DNA of 17,243 bases from Escherichia coli. Its GTDB lineage: Bacteria; Pseudomonadota; Gammaproteobacteria; Enterobacterales; Enterobacteriaceae. The notes beneath the pieces were generated by a model. The model made no database searches. It saw only the letters and a list, made by a program, of their open reading frames with translations, and was not told where the DNA came from. The translations under genes were made by a program, and so were the position numbers. Numbering within the stretch: position 1 is the first letter of the stretch; the number at the start of each line of letters is the position of its first letter. Positions 8,314 to 17,188 of the stretch are shown here, piece by piece. The stretch is from assembly GCA_025544715.1 (NCBI GenBank), contig GCA_025544715.1_4109.6. The stretch is one strand, 5' to 3'.

Positions 8314-8790
8314 ATGTCCAAAGACCTATCATTTAGCAATGCACAAAAAATAGCAAAAGACATTATCAGGGTTTATAAATTTCTTACAAATGTTACTGAA
8401 GATTTTTCCGTAGGCAAACATACAGTCAAAAAACGAAATGGATACCTTTCCTTTATGGATGGGTTACTCTATAGTTCAGATGAATCAACTTGTAGTATTA
8501 GAGTGCTTGATGAAGTACCAAGTGGTGATTTTATTTCATACCATTTCCCAAGTTCAGATAATTTCAAATACTACAATCATCATCTTATAAATGAAGGATT
8601 TGATACGGCTGAAATTAACACTGAAGAAGAGTTTTTTCAGTACAGTACTGTGTACCCAGAGAGGATTGTTTTCAGTTCAGTGATTTACACTACTCTTAAA
8701 AATGAACTAAATTCCGATAGTGATCATTTCTACTTGGACCTGAACAATCTCGATTGTATTATTGAGTACCTGGAGAAAAATGGTTTATGA
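8314..8790 (+). CDS. hypothetical protein, FQxS-motif paralog family, subtype B-like
   Basis: AAAGGG RBS. N-terminus MSKDLSFSNAQKIAKDIIRVYKFL; motif EEEFFQYSTVY .. HFYLDLNNL. Confidence 0.75.
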   Translation: MSKDLSFSNAQKIAKDIIRVYKFLTNVTEDFSVGKHTVKKRNGYLSFMDGLLYSSDESTCSIRVLDEVPSGDFISYHFPSSDNFKYYNHHLINEGFDTAEINTEEEFFQYSTVYPERIVFSSVIYTTLKNELNSDSDHFYLDLNNLDCIIEYLEKNGL

Positions 8791-9281
8791 TTACTACAGA
8801 ATATGATTACGATGGTGTTTTAGAATTTGCAGAAAATATCTATCGCATTGCAAAGGAGTTCAGAAGTCCTGCCCCATTTGGTGGTATGTTCGAATACGAT
8901 GAGTTTAGTTCATCCAAAGGAAGACTTGCGTTTACTAATGTAAGAGGTAATCAAATCTATGCCGAGTACTTTGATGACAATGACTTTCATTACAAAGCCG
9001 GATACATTTCATATTGCCCTGGGTCTGATTTGAAGATTAATATTGACAATTATAGAGAAGCAGTATTTGTTAAGTATGATGATTTAGTGCTCATGTCAGA
9101 GGAAATGTACTTTCAGGGTTCTTGTATTCATGATGTAAAAGTACTTAATGCTATGTTATTTTATGGTGCACTACTTCATCATTACAAATACAAACAACGA
9201 TTCTTTTTAGATTTAGTAGTATACGATAAATGCGTGGATTATTTGAATGCAAAATACAACAACAATTCAGTACATGACTGA
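8787..9281 (+). CDS. hypothetical protein, FQxS-motif paralog family, subtype B-like
   Basis: ATGA overlap. Motif SEEMYFQGSCIHD .. FFLDLVVY. Confidence 0.75.
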   Translation: MITTEYDYDGVLEFAENIYRIAKEFRSPAPFGGMFEYDEFSSSKGRLAFTNVRGNQIYAEYFDDNDFHYKAGYISYCPGSDLKINIDNYREAVFVKYDDLVLMSEEMYFQGSCIHDVKVLNAMLFYGALLHHYKYKQRFFLDLVVYDKCVDYLNAKYNNNSVHD

Positions 9282-9609
9282 TGGTACTGAATACTTTGTT
9301 TCAAGATATGTAATCAACCACAACCATTATGTAACCTATATTCCAGAATACAATCAATTTTATATCCAGATTTATCAATATAATGGAAAGATAAATGATA
9401 TATATTCAGAAATAAAAATCCCTGATTATAGTACTTTATCAGAAGAGGAATTGTTTCAGCAGAGCACTATCAGTACTGAAGATGTGTACGAAATAATGGA
9501 ATACCAAAAGGTACTTAAACATTTTCATGAAGAAAATGATATACAAATAGATATTGTTAAACCGTGGTGTTACAATACATATGAGGTAAATTATGTTAGA
9601 AATGATTAA
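9247..9609 (+). CDS. hypothetical protein, FQxS-motif paralog family, short subtype A
   Basis: ORF track start 9247; alternative in-frame ATG at 9274, nearer the upstream stop at 9279-9281. Motif EEELFQQSTIS. Confidence 0.6.
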   Translation: MQNTTTIQYMTDGTEYFVSRYVINHNHYVTYIPEYNQFYIQIYQYNGKINDIYSEIKIPDYSTLSEEELFQQSTISTEDVYEIMEYQKVLKHFHEENDIQIDIVKPWCYNTYEVNYVRND

Positions 9610-10006
9610 AATTATGCAACGTTGTGTTGTTGACCAACACGGGATATATGGATATCGTTTAAGTGCTCCTATTGACAAAAATAAAACAACCTATGTAAGC
9701 TATAATGCTGTACAAGGATTTGATATATTCATTAGTACTAATTATCAAATCAAACAAGCTAAAGATGTGTCTATAATGACCCCTGATGAGTTATTTCAGT
9801 ACAGCTTAGTCTTTCCTACATGTATCGATTTACAACGTCTAGGAGCGATACAGAAGGTTTTACGTGAACATAAAGTACAACCCAATAAAGTCACACACAT
9901 TCCAGAAACAATCTTCAAAACCATAGAAGTAGAAACTCCTGATTATATGTTAAGTGATGATGAGTACTACGAGAAACACTTCCCTGGTAAAGTTTGGAGA
10001 GACTAA
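9593..10006 (+). CDS. hypothetical protein, FQxS-motif paralog family, short subtype A
   Basis: GAGGTAAA RBS 4-5 nt before ATG 9593. Motif PDELFQYSLVF. Confidence 0.7.
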   Translation: MLEMIKIMQRCVVDQHGIYGYRLSAPIDKNKTTYVSYNAVQGFDIFISTNYQIKQAKDVSIMTPDELFQYSLVFPTCIDLQRLGAIQKVLREHKVQPNKVTHIPETIFKTIEVETPDYMLSDDEYYEKHFPGKVWRD

Positions 10007-10497
10007 TGAACCGAAAGTACAGAGAAACTATGAAGTTCGCCAAGGAGTGTTTAGAAGTGTTTGAGTTTATCAATGCTCATAAAGATTTACTCCATAGATA
10101 CATTGCAATCAGTGAGACAGATGACCATAGGTACATATGTTCTCGAATTCAAGATAAGATATATAAGATTGTGTTCTCGGAAACATACACAGATACATCT
10201 AATTCACTATATGATTTTGCACGTACTGATTACGTTTCATACAAATCTTGGTCTGATAGTATTAAAATTGTGCACAAGCAAAATACATTTTATTCTTTTC
10301 TTACGGACATTTCCGAAGAAAGTTACTTTCAAAACAGTTTAATTTATACAGAAAAAGAACTCAAAATGTTATACATTATGTCGTACTTTAAAAAGTACTG
10401 CAAATTTAATACATTATCTTTTGAGATTTCTGCAATGAAAGTATTCATTAAAAATGTAAAAGAATTAAAGAGGGTTTTTAATGTACATAGAAAATGA
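10006..10497 (+). CDS. hypothetical protein, FQxS-motif paralog family, subtype B-like
   Basis: ORF track 9994..10497 begins at TTG; ATG at 10006 overlaps the upstream TAA (TAATG), with TGGAGAGA upstream. Motif EESYFQNSLIY .. MSYFKK. Confidence 0.7.
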   Translation: MNRKYRETMKFAKECLEVFEFINAHKDLLHRYIAISETDDHRYICSRIQDKIYKIVFSETYTDTSNSLYDFARTDYVSYKSWSDSIKIVHKQNTFYSFLTDISEESYFQNSLIYTEKELKMLYIMSYFKKYCKFNTLSFEISAMKVFIKNVKELKRVFNVHRK

Positions 10498-11023
10498 GAA
10501 TGTAAAATGCATTACTGACATTTGTATAAAATTAATGAAAATTTTCATTAACCCAAAATACAAAAAACGTTCATTACATCATAATATTGATGAGCATTGT
10601 ACCATTAATATACTAGGTAGTATTCTTGATGTAAAATATGATGGTAAAATGTTATTCGGCATAAGAGAAGAGAAAATAGATGATGCATTCTTTTCCTGTA
10701 AAGATAAATTTGAACCTTCTGATTATAAAGTAATTATTCGTGATGATAGCATCTACATTAGTAGTGATTATTCAAATTACTTCGATAAAATATACACTGA
10801 AAACGTTGACTACCATTATGAAATGATAGATTTACCAGTAACAGACATTGATATGGAGAGAATCAAATTTTCATTATCAGATAATGAGTACTTAGGTATA
10901 CAAACATATTATTCACTACAAGGAAAGATTCCACCTGCTATGTATATAAGGATTGAGATTGGTAATGTATTCAATGATAAGGTTATATCAATTGCTGATA
11001 AAATATTGAGGGTTGAATTATGA
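10481..11023 (+). CDS. hypothetical protein, possibly a degenerate family member
   Basis: GAGGG RBS 6 nt before ATG 10481. 180 aa; core motif not clearly recognisable. Confidence 0.6.
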   Translation: MYIENENVKCITDICIKLMKIFINPKYKKRSLHHNIDEHCTINILGSILDVKYDGKMLFGIREEKIDDAFFSCKDKFEPSDYKVIIRDDSIYISSDYSNYFDKIYTENVDYHYEMIDLPVTDIDMERIKFSLSDNEYLGIQTYYSLQGKIPPAMYIRIEIGNVFNDKVISIADKILRVEL

Positions 11024-11583
11024 ATATCAATGATTACCAATTTCATAGGCTTGAATTTCGTCATTGTGTTGCATTTGCAAAAACATTGATGTGCATCATT
11101 GACACTCTTTCATCCAAACAATTTCGTAAGGATAATGATTTATTTCTGAAAAAAGGTCGTGTAACATCAACCGATATCGGTATTGAACTATTTGTTGATA
11201 TCAGTGTTGATACCGGAGACAGTACAAGGGTTGGTTGTATAGGTCATATTGGTACACATTGCTTCACATGGAATCCAAATACAAGTCAAGTGCGAATTGA
11301 TTATAGAAATTCACGTTGGGTTGATCTTAGTACTGAATCAGATTTAGAATCAGCTATGTTCCAGCTAAGTTTAATTCACAATCCTAATGAACTTCTTTAC
11401 ATTATTACTTTCAGTTATCTGTTACAAAACTACGATAATCCATCAGGGTTTTTCATAGAATCGGATATAGAAGAAATTATGGAAGAGTTTCCTAGTTTAA
11501 AGGATATTCTGGTAGAAAAAGATTTCTATGAAGACTTCAGAGATTTATACGACATGCACTTGGAGTTATTTAAGAATGGATAA
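11020..11583 (+). CDS. hypothetical protein, FQxS-motif paralog family, long subtype C
   Basis: ATGA overlap, GAGGG RBS. Motif ESAMFQLSLIHN followed by a hydrophobic segment. Confidence 0.7.
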   Translation: MNINDYQFHRLEFRHCVAFAKTLMCIIDTLSSKQFRKDNDLFLKKGRVTSTDIGIELFVDISVDTGDSTRVGCIGHIGTHCFTWNPNTSQVRIDYRNSRWVDLSTESDLESAMFQLSLIHNPNELLYIITFSYLLQNYDNPSGFFIESDIEEIMEEFPSLKDILVEKDFYEDFRDLYDMHLELFKNG

Positions 11584-12094
11584 AGATGATATTCTAATTA
11601 GACTAATTAATAGTTTAATAAAGTTCTCAAATAATGATGTCGATACATACAAAGTAGGGGATATTGAATTTAAATCATTTGGTATGTACGGTGAGGATAA
11701 AACATATTATGCGTCAATGAAATTTCAAGATTTTCACGAGATGTTAATATCGTTATCATATGAAGATGTTGATCCAAGATGGAGTTCCAGTATTTCACTA
11801 TCGAGAATGGTAATTCGTAGTAAGCATCGTTATATTTCGTCAAAGAATACTCCTAACTTGATTAATATTGTGTTGAATGAAAATACAAATCCCCTATCTA
11901 AACATGATATCGTACCGTTAACCGATGAAGTTCTTTTTCAATTGAGTACCATTTGTGATGAAGATGTGATATCATGTATGAAAATTTATGAGAAGGTTGG
12001 GAGTGATATTCCCATGAACTATTACCTAACTATAGATGGAACGTACCTTCGAGATGAGGTTCTAGCGTACATTGACAGTGTTTTACCAAAATAA
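11576..12094 (+). CDS. hypothetical protein, FQxS-motif paralog family, long subtype C
   Basis: ORF track 11528..12094; the in-frame ATG at 11576 overlaps the upstream stop (ATGGATAA), with GGAG upstream. Motif DEVLFQLSTICD. Followed directly by a terminator. Confidence 0.65.
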   Translation: MDKDDILIRLINSLIKFSNNDVDTYKVGDIEFKSFGMYGEDKTYYASMKFQDFHEMLISLSYEDVDPRWSSSISLSRMVIRSKHRYISSKNTPNLINIVLNENTNPLSKHDIVPLTDEVLFQLSTICDEDVISCMKIYEKVGSDIPMNYYLTIDGTYLRDEVLAYIDSVLPK

Positions 12095-12120
12095 AGACCC
12101 GTATGGGTCTTTTTGTGTTT
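12093..12120 (+). terminator. intrinsic (rho-independent) terminator
   Basis: Perfect 8-bp stem AAAGACCC / GGGTCTTT with loop GTAT, followed by a T-rich tract (TTTTTGTGTTT), immediately after stop codon 12092-12094. Confidence 0.7.
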
Positions 12121-12125
12121 ATGGC

Positions 12126-12154
12126 TTTACAAGAGCATTCAGGTGTGTTATACT
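12126..12154 (+). promoter_or_regulatory. sigma70-type promoter with extended -10 (TTTACA-N17-TGtTATACT)
   Basis: -35 TTTACA at 12126-12131, 17-nt spacer, TG at 12146-12147, -10 TATACT at 12149-12154; lies between the terminator and the GGAGG RBS of the next ORF. Confidence 0.55.
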
Positions 12155-12181
12155 TGATTTTAAATAGAGTTGGAGGAATCT

Positions 12182-12748
12182 ATGAGTACTGAATTAATTA
12201 AAGAAGTCACATTACTTCTGAAGCATTGTTTTAAGTTCATTCCTGATACTGGTTCCCGCCAGTACATTAAAGTTAATGAGAAATATAACATCAATATCCT
12301 TGTATCTGAAACTGCGAGCAGTTATGCTAACATTGAGTTGGATTCTGAAGAAAAATATACAGTATTACAAATCATAGCAGATGTACAACGTAAACAAGAT
12401 TATCGTTCTTCATTTTACAACGATCATCTATGTGTTTCCTCAAACTTCAGTGAGAATAAAATTGTGTATAAAAATTTATACACACATGAAGTGATTGATA
12501 CATATAATTATAAAATTACATCTGATGAATACAATGTGCTAATGTTCAACGCAAACCTTTTATATGATGCCAGTACTGTACGCTGTTTAGAGTTAGCATA
12601 TAAAATTCCAAAGATCATGGAAAGAAAAGATTTGATTCACTTTAAAACTATTTTAAAATACAGTACAAAAGAATTAGAGGATTTAGTACAGGCTCTTAAG
12701 AATTTCATTAATGAACATGTACCTGTTAAATTCGAGGATGCACAATGA
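12182..12748 (+). CDS. hypothetical protein, possibly a degenerate family member
   Basis: ORF track 12170 begins at TTG; ATG at 12182 is preceded by GGAGG (12172-12176). Only a weak motif remnant (NVLMFNANLLYD). Confidence 0.65.
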   Translation: MSTELIKEVTLLLKHCFKFIPDTGSRQYIKVNEKYNINILVSETASSYANIELDSEEKYTVLQIIADVQRKQDYRSSFYNDHLCVSSNFSENKIVYKNLYTHEVIDTYNYKITSDEYNVLMFNANLLYDASTVRCLELAYKIPKIMERKDLIHFKTILKYSTKELEDLVQALKNFINEHVPVKFEDAQ

Positions 12749-13329
12749 ACCATATCAGAACTAAAATTTTGAGACTCATGCATGACATTGCAGAACTTTC
12801 AGAGATTCATGACATTACGGAAATTGTTGAATTTGATAATTATCGACTGAAAATTGAAAACAAATCCAAACATCGTTTTGGTTCAGTTCAGTTGGATGTA
12901 TATAAAACTTATGAATTTTCTAAAAAAATTAAAAGTTCATGGGATACGATTACTATGTACATTCGCACATCCAGAAATCGTGAACGTATTGGTTCTATTT
13001 CTTATAATATGGTATTTGCGAATGCATTACATGAAAAAATGAATAAAATTGTAGAATCTAATTTCAGTGAAGATGATGGTTTTATTGGGTTGGATGTTCC
13101 ACCAGAATTAGATCAAAGTGAAGATATTCGAGATGCATTCATTTTCCAGAAATCATTGTTGGACAATTACAAAGAATTCGAGTACTTAATGCTTTGTTAC
13201 GATACTGCAAAAATTCTTGATTGTGGTGAACTAGTTATGTACAATGATTTTATCAATTGCAAGACTGATGTTCTGAATACACTACTTCAAAATATAGAAT
13301 CTGTTAAGGAAAAATATGAACGCTTATAG
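12745..13329 (+). CDS. hypothetical protein, FQxS-motif paralog family, long subtype C
   Basis: ATGA overlap, GAGGA RBS. Motif DAFIFQKSLLDN. Confidence 0.7.
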   Translation: MNHIRTKILRLMHDIAELSEIHDITEIVEFDNYRLKIENKSKHRFGSVQLDVYKTYEFSKKIKSSWDTITMYIRTSRNRERIGSISYNMVFANALHEKMNKIVESNFSEDDGFIGLDVPPELDQSEDIRDAFIFQKSLLDNYKEFEYLMLCYDTAKILDCGELVMYNDFINCKTDVLNTLLQNIESVKEKYERL

Positions 13330-13897
13330 TTATATGACAGAACGCCATCAATTATTATATGATATCAGTAAAAAAATGCTATCAATTGTTGGTAGTGCGA
13401 AAGAAATTGAAAAACAATATCTCATCCGTGATGTAGCAATTTCATCTAAATGTTGGTCAAATGAATATTACGACCACGGTATTCTGACTATTTCAGGGGC
13501 CAGAAATATTTGTATTGTAAAAAATAAAAGTAAAAGTAATAAAGAGTGTGAGATTAGAACCGATATACAAATTAAGGATGATGGAAGTTTTTCACATCAC
13601 CCATTCCATATTAGTACTGTTGGTGTTTTATATAATATTAAAGTACTATTCGGTGATGAAGAGTATGTGTTAAAAGCTATCAATCCAGAATCAAGTACAG
13701 TTGAAGAAGAACTGTTCCAGATGAGCACTGTTATACCTGAAGAGGTTCTTAGTACTGTTATTTTTTGTAGTTTAATTTATCATGAATACAAAAAGAACCA
13801 GTTCGATTTCCACATGTTAGGAACGTACATCTTCAATAATTTGAATGTAGATCGTTTAAATGCATTAAATTCAGCAATGGATAAGGTGCTACAATGA
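13316..13897 (+). CDS. hypothetical protein, FQxS-motif paralog family, long subtype C
   Basis: AAGGAAA RBS. Motif EEELFQMSTVI followed by a hydrophobic segment. Confidence 0.7.
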   Translation: MNAYSYMTERHQLLYDISKKMLSIVGSAKEIEKQYLIRDVAISSKCWSNEYYDHGILTISGARNICIVKNKSKSNKECEIRTDIQIKDDGSFSHHPFHISTVGVLYNIKVLFGDEEYVLKAINPESSTVEEELFQMSTVIPEEVLSTVIFCSLIYHEYKKNQFDFHMLGTYIFNNLNVDRLNALNSAMDKVLQ

Positions 13898-14322
13898 CAA
13901 GAGATGATTGTTTGTACATATGGGATATAATTGAAACTACACTTTCAAATCCAGAAAATTATAAAACAAAAAAAAGACAACGACACAAAATATGGATAGA
14001 TTTGTTCGTTGAGGGCATACACGCAGTGACTATTTGGGATTCACCGAGGGCATCAGCATCTACTCTATTGGACAATGAATGCATTGATTGCATTAATTCC
14101 ACTTTTCATCTCTACGGTACTACATTTTTCGGTACATTTCTGGATATTGAAAGTAAAGATGATATTGATTCACTTGCGTTACAATACCAAGTACTGTATA
14201 ATACTAAATTAATTTACGATTTAGTACTAGCTTCTTATGTGTATAAATTAATGATGAAATATAATCATATTTCTGTTTCAGTTTATACTAAGGATATTCT
14301 TTCATTAAGAGACAAAACATGA
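13894..14322 (+). CDS. hypothetical protein, possibly a degenerate family member
   Basis: ATGA overlap. Degenerate motif SLALQYQVLYN. Confidence 0.6.
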   Translation: MTRDDCLYIWDIIETTLSNPENYKTKKRQRHKIWIDLFVEGIHAVTIWDSPRASASTLLDNECIDCINSTFHLYGTTFFGTFLDIESKDDIDSLALQYQVLYNTKLIYDLVLASYVYKLMMKYNHISVSVYTKDILSLRDKT

Positions 14323-14828
14323 GTTTATTAAATGCACGCGAATTAGTTGAGATGTATGAGATTTTGTCTTCATATAAAAATTCTCATGGAGATGTGATTC
14401 TCGACAAAAAGTTCCATGTCAGTGTTGAACATATATCAAATATAGATATGATTTCTTTGGTGGAAAGTAATAAGTCAGGTCTTGAACGCGATATCATGCG
14501 TTTGATTTATATTCCCAAACCATCATATACTAATGATAGTTCAATTAGTAATGAGACATTCATGTATAGTCCCGGTACGGATTCTACTATAGTATCGCTG
14601 TCCAATAAATCAATGGGTACTTTCCAATTCATCTATACCAGTACTGATAACATTGAAGAAATTGAATTTCAAAACAATACATTAAGTCCATGTAGTAGTG
14701 TTATAACCTTTATGTCATATCTATGGTCAACTAAAACAAGTGCTGTTGTATATAGTTCAAATTATACACAAGATAGTATTGTTGAATCATATAAAGTTCT
14801 AAAGGAATACTATGAAAATAACAAATGA
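14319..14828 (+). CDS. hypothetical protein, FQxS-motif paralog family, long subtype C
   Basis: ATGA overlap. N-terminus MSLLNARELVEMYEIL; motif EEIEFQNNTLS. Confidence 0.65.
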   Translation: MSLLNARELVEMYEILSSYKNSHGDVILDKKFHVSVEHISNIDMISLVESNKSGLERDIMRLIYIPKPSYTNDSSISNETFMYSPGTDSTIVSLSNKSMGTFQFIYTSTDNIEEIEFQNNTLSPCSSVITFMSYLWSTKTSAVVYSSNYTQDSIVESYKVLKEYYENNK

Positions 14829-15393
14829 TTTTATTAAAAGTGTAGTACACCCTATGCTTAGTGTTATGAAAAAATTACAGACACTCCCAGAAGATAATGA
14901 TTTCAAGTACAATCGTTTTGATTCAGATGTGTTTTGTATTGAAATTGAAATTAATAACAATCGTAATTTACATTTAAAATTCAAAGAATCGTCAAGTCCG
15001 TACTACAACTTTGATATGAATTTTAAAATAGATACTGACATTGAAGAAAACGTAATATCAAATCATACTAGCAAAAATGGTTTTATGCATAGAACTACTA
15101 TGTACAATAATAAAAATAGTATTATATCTAAATGGAATCATCAATTCACTAAAATTTGTGAAATTGAATATAGTGATTTTGGTGAAGAGCATTACTTTCA
15201 GTTAAGTACAATTCATGAACTTCCACCTTATGATTATGTTAAAACATGGTTTGATATTCATAATATAATTGATGATGCAATCAAACTTCCATTTGGTGTA
15301 TCAATATCATATACTGCTCCTAAAACATTTGTTTTTACTGAAGATATGATTATGAAAAAGATATGGGCAATTATCCCACTTATGATGGATTAA
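14812..15393 (+). CDS. hypothetical protein, FQxS-motif paralog family, long subtype C
   Basis: AAGGAATAC upstream of ATG 14812. Motif EEHYFQLSTIHE. Followed by a terminator. Confidence 0.7.
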   Translation: MKITNDFIKSVVHPMLSVMKKLQTLPEDNDFKYNRFDSDVFCIEIEINNNRNLHLKFKESSSPYYNFDMNFKIDTDIEENVISNHTSKNGFMHRTTMYNNKNSIISKWNHQFTKICEIEYSDFGEEHYFQLSTIHELPPYDYVKTWFDIHNIIDDAIKLPFGVSISYTAPKTFVFTEDMIMKKIWAIIPLMMD

Positions 15394-15399
15394 ATTTGT

Positions 15400-15425
15400 A
15401 CCAGGGGTTGACTCTGGTATTTTTG
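15400..15425 (+). terminator. intrinsic terminator (candidate)
   Basis: Stem TACCAG / CTGGTA with a 9-nt loop (GGGTTGACT), then TTTTT, directly after stop codon 15391-15393. Confidence 0.5.
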
Positions 15426-15437
15426 TATGATACATTG
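15409..15437 (+). promoter_or_regulatory. candidate promoter (TTGACT-N17-TACATT)
   Basis: TTGACT at 15409-15414 inside the terminator loop, and a weak -10 (TACATT) 17 nt downstream; followed by strong RBS AAAGGAGA and ATG 15455. Weak -10, so low confidence. Confidence 0.3.
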
Positions 15438-15454
15438 TCCTAAAGGAGAATTTT

Positions 15455-16006
15455 ATGAACTACAATCATGATCTTTTTACATTATGTGCATCCAAATGTG
15501 TTGATGGATGGGCAGATAAAATCAATACCATAATTCATCGATATCTCGTCTTTAGTTCTCGTGCACGAAGTGAGGGAGCTATGGATTTCAAATATACACT
15601 ATCCATTGATGGTGTAACTATCCATGCAGACGAAGAACGTATGAGCATTAATTTGTATGATTCCTGTGTATTTGCTATTCACCAAAAGATGGGGAAAGGA
15701 TGGGGTTGTAATAACATTAACTCCAAAGCTATCTTTTGGGTTGGTCACCACCAGACCGTACTCGATCCTTCAATCAAATCTAATCTTTTAACCGACAACA
15801 TCGTTTATGATTTAGCGTACCCTGAAGAACTACATTTCCAGTTGAGTACATTACATAATTTGGCACACTACGATGATTGTTATAAAACATTAGAACTATG
15901 CCATTCCCTTGATCTTAAAGATAAATTGATACAAGTTTACCCTTCATTCTTTCATGAAGAAGTACAAAGTACACTAGATCATATTTTATATGGATACGAT
16001 AAATGA
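15455..16006 (+). CDS. hypothetical protein, FQxS-motif paralog family, long subtype C
   Basis: Strong RBS AAAGGAGA 4 nt upstream. Motif EELHFQLSTLHN. Confidence 0.75.
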   Translation: MNYNHDLFTLCASKCVDGWADKINTIIHRYLVFSSRARSEGAMDFKYTLSIDGVTIHADEERMSINLYDSCVFAIHQKMGKGWGCNNINSKAIFWVGHHQTVLDPSIKSNLLTDNIVYDLAYPEELHFQLSTLHNLAHYDDCYKTLELCHSLDLKDKLIQVYPSFFHEEVQSTLDHILYGYDK

Positions 16007-16605
16007 GAAAAAGTTATCAAGAAGCTATTGACTTAATTCGTGAAGTTATCAAGGTGGCTCCTGCTGCTATTGAGTTCAAGAAGTCCATATACAAGAAGTA
16101 TGGTTCAATGTCGAGTATGTGCTTTCAAAAGAAACGTAGAGCATTCACTACCCAGTACTGGAATGATTCTATCATCCTGAGCAATGAGACTCAGCGTATT
16201 TTAACACTAGAATCTGAACCTACTGATTACGGGGAAGGGAACATTTGTGTACCTGATTATGATGAAATTAACTTCAACTGCGGTGATTTTGAAACAACAT
16301 TATTACTTCATGAGGGTTATCCAGAAGGTGATGTATTAGCTGAGTACAATCCAAAAACTAAAATTCTCAAAAGTGGAATCCAGTTCACTATTAATAACAA
16401 AGATGATGTTCAAGCAGCACTGATGCAACTGAGTACAAGTGAACCTATCACTATTAGTGTAGAAGAGTTATGGGGAATTATTTCAGTACTCAATGAGTGC
16501 TACAAAGTAAAATCATTGCGTAAACACAGCATTATATTACATACCAATATGGCAAATATAAAATGTAAGCACATTCAAGAAATGGTGGTTCCAGATGGAC
16601 TTTAA
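16003..16605 (+). CDS. hypothetical protein, divergent family member
   Basis: ATGA overlap. Divergent motif AALMQLSTSE. Confidence 0.6.
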   Translation: MRKSYQEAIDLIREVIKVAPAAIEFKKSIYKKYGSMSSMCFQKKRRAFTTQYWNDSIILSNETQRILTLESEPTDYGEGNICVPDYDEINFNCGDFETTLLLHEGYPEGDVLAEYNPKTKILKSGIQFTINNKDDVQAALMQLSTSEPITISVEELWGIISVLNECYKVKSLRKHSIILHTNMANIKCKHIQEMVVPDGL

Positions 16606-17179
16606 AGAAATTGAAAGTAAGTTAAAGTACTTCAAAGATATCAAACTTCTTTGGAAAAAGTATAAAGTTGATTACAATTTCAGTGATGATGAGACAATAA
16701 AATACATTGAGATTAATATCAAAATCAAGTTCAAGAATAATAATTATGGTGAAGTAACCTTAAATCATACTGGTATATCACTCAAGGACTATGATGGTAC
16801 AACACTCGCATATTTTGACTTCACACCAGAACCAGGTGAAACACTACTTAGTGAGATAAATTCCTATGACATGGAAGTGTTCGGCGGGAATCCGTTACTG
16901 TTCCGACTTTCTGAAGAGTGGAGTGAAGAGTACTACACTTACAAAGATGGTGTAGTACTTGATATTCATGGAGAAGTTGTGAATGACTTGGAAGAACGTT
17001 TGTTCCAAGAATTGTGTGTTTCAAATACTTCATATGCATACAATCATATCCTTGACATGTTTGATTTATATAGTAAAATAGATGCTGAAATGAAGGCACA
17101 TGGTATTCATTACCTTACAATTAACGACTATGCTCAACTCGAAACCGCTGTGAAAGCATTGACTAAAGTACTGAAATAG
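16595..17179 (+). CDS. hypothetical protein, FQxS-motif paralog family, long subtype C
   Basis: Overlaps the upstream ORF by 11 nt. Motif EERLFQELCVSN. Confidence 0.65.
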   Translation: MDFKEIESKLKYFKDIKLLWKKYKVDYNFSDDETIKYIEINIKIKFKNNNYGEVTLNHTGISLKDYDGTTLAYFDFTPEPGETLLSEINSYDMEVFGGNPLLFRLSEEWSEEYYTYKDGVVLDIHGEVVNDLEERLFQELCVSNTSYAYNHILDMFDLYSKIDAEMKAHGIHYLTINDYAQLETAVKALTKVLK

Positions 17180-17188
17180 GAATGAAAT

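Noticed and set aside
57-17179. Possibility that the periodic conserved element is a CRISPR array or other non-coding repeat array
   Set aside because: The repeated element is inside long ORFs, conserved at amino-acid rather than exact nucleotide level, with irregular spacing of roughly 350-600 bp and no short identical direct repeats with uniform spacers.
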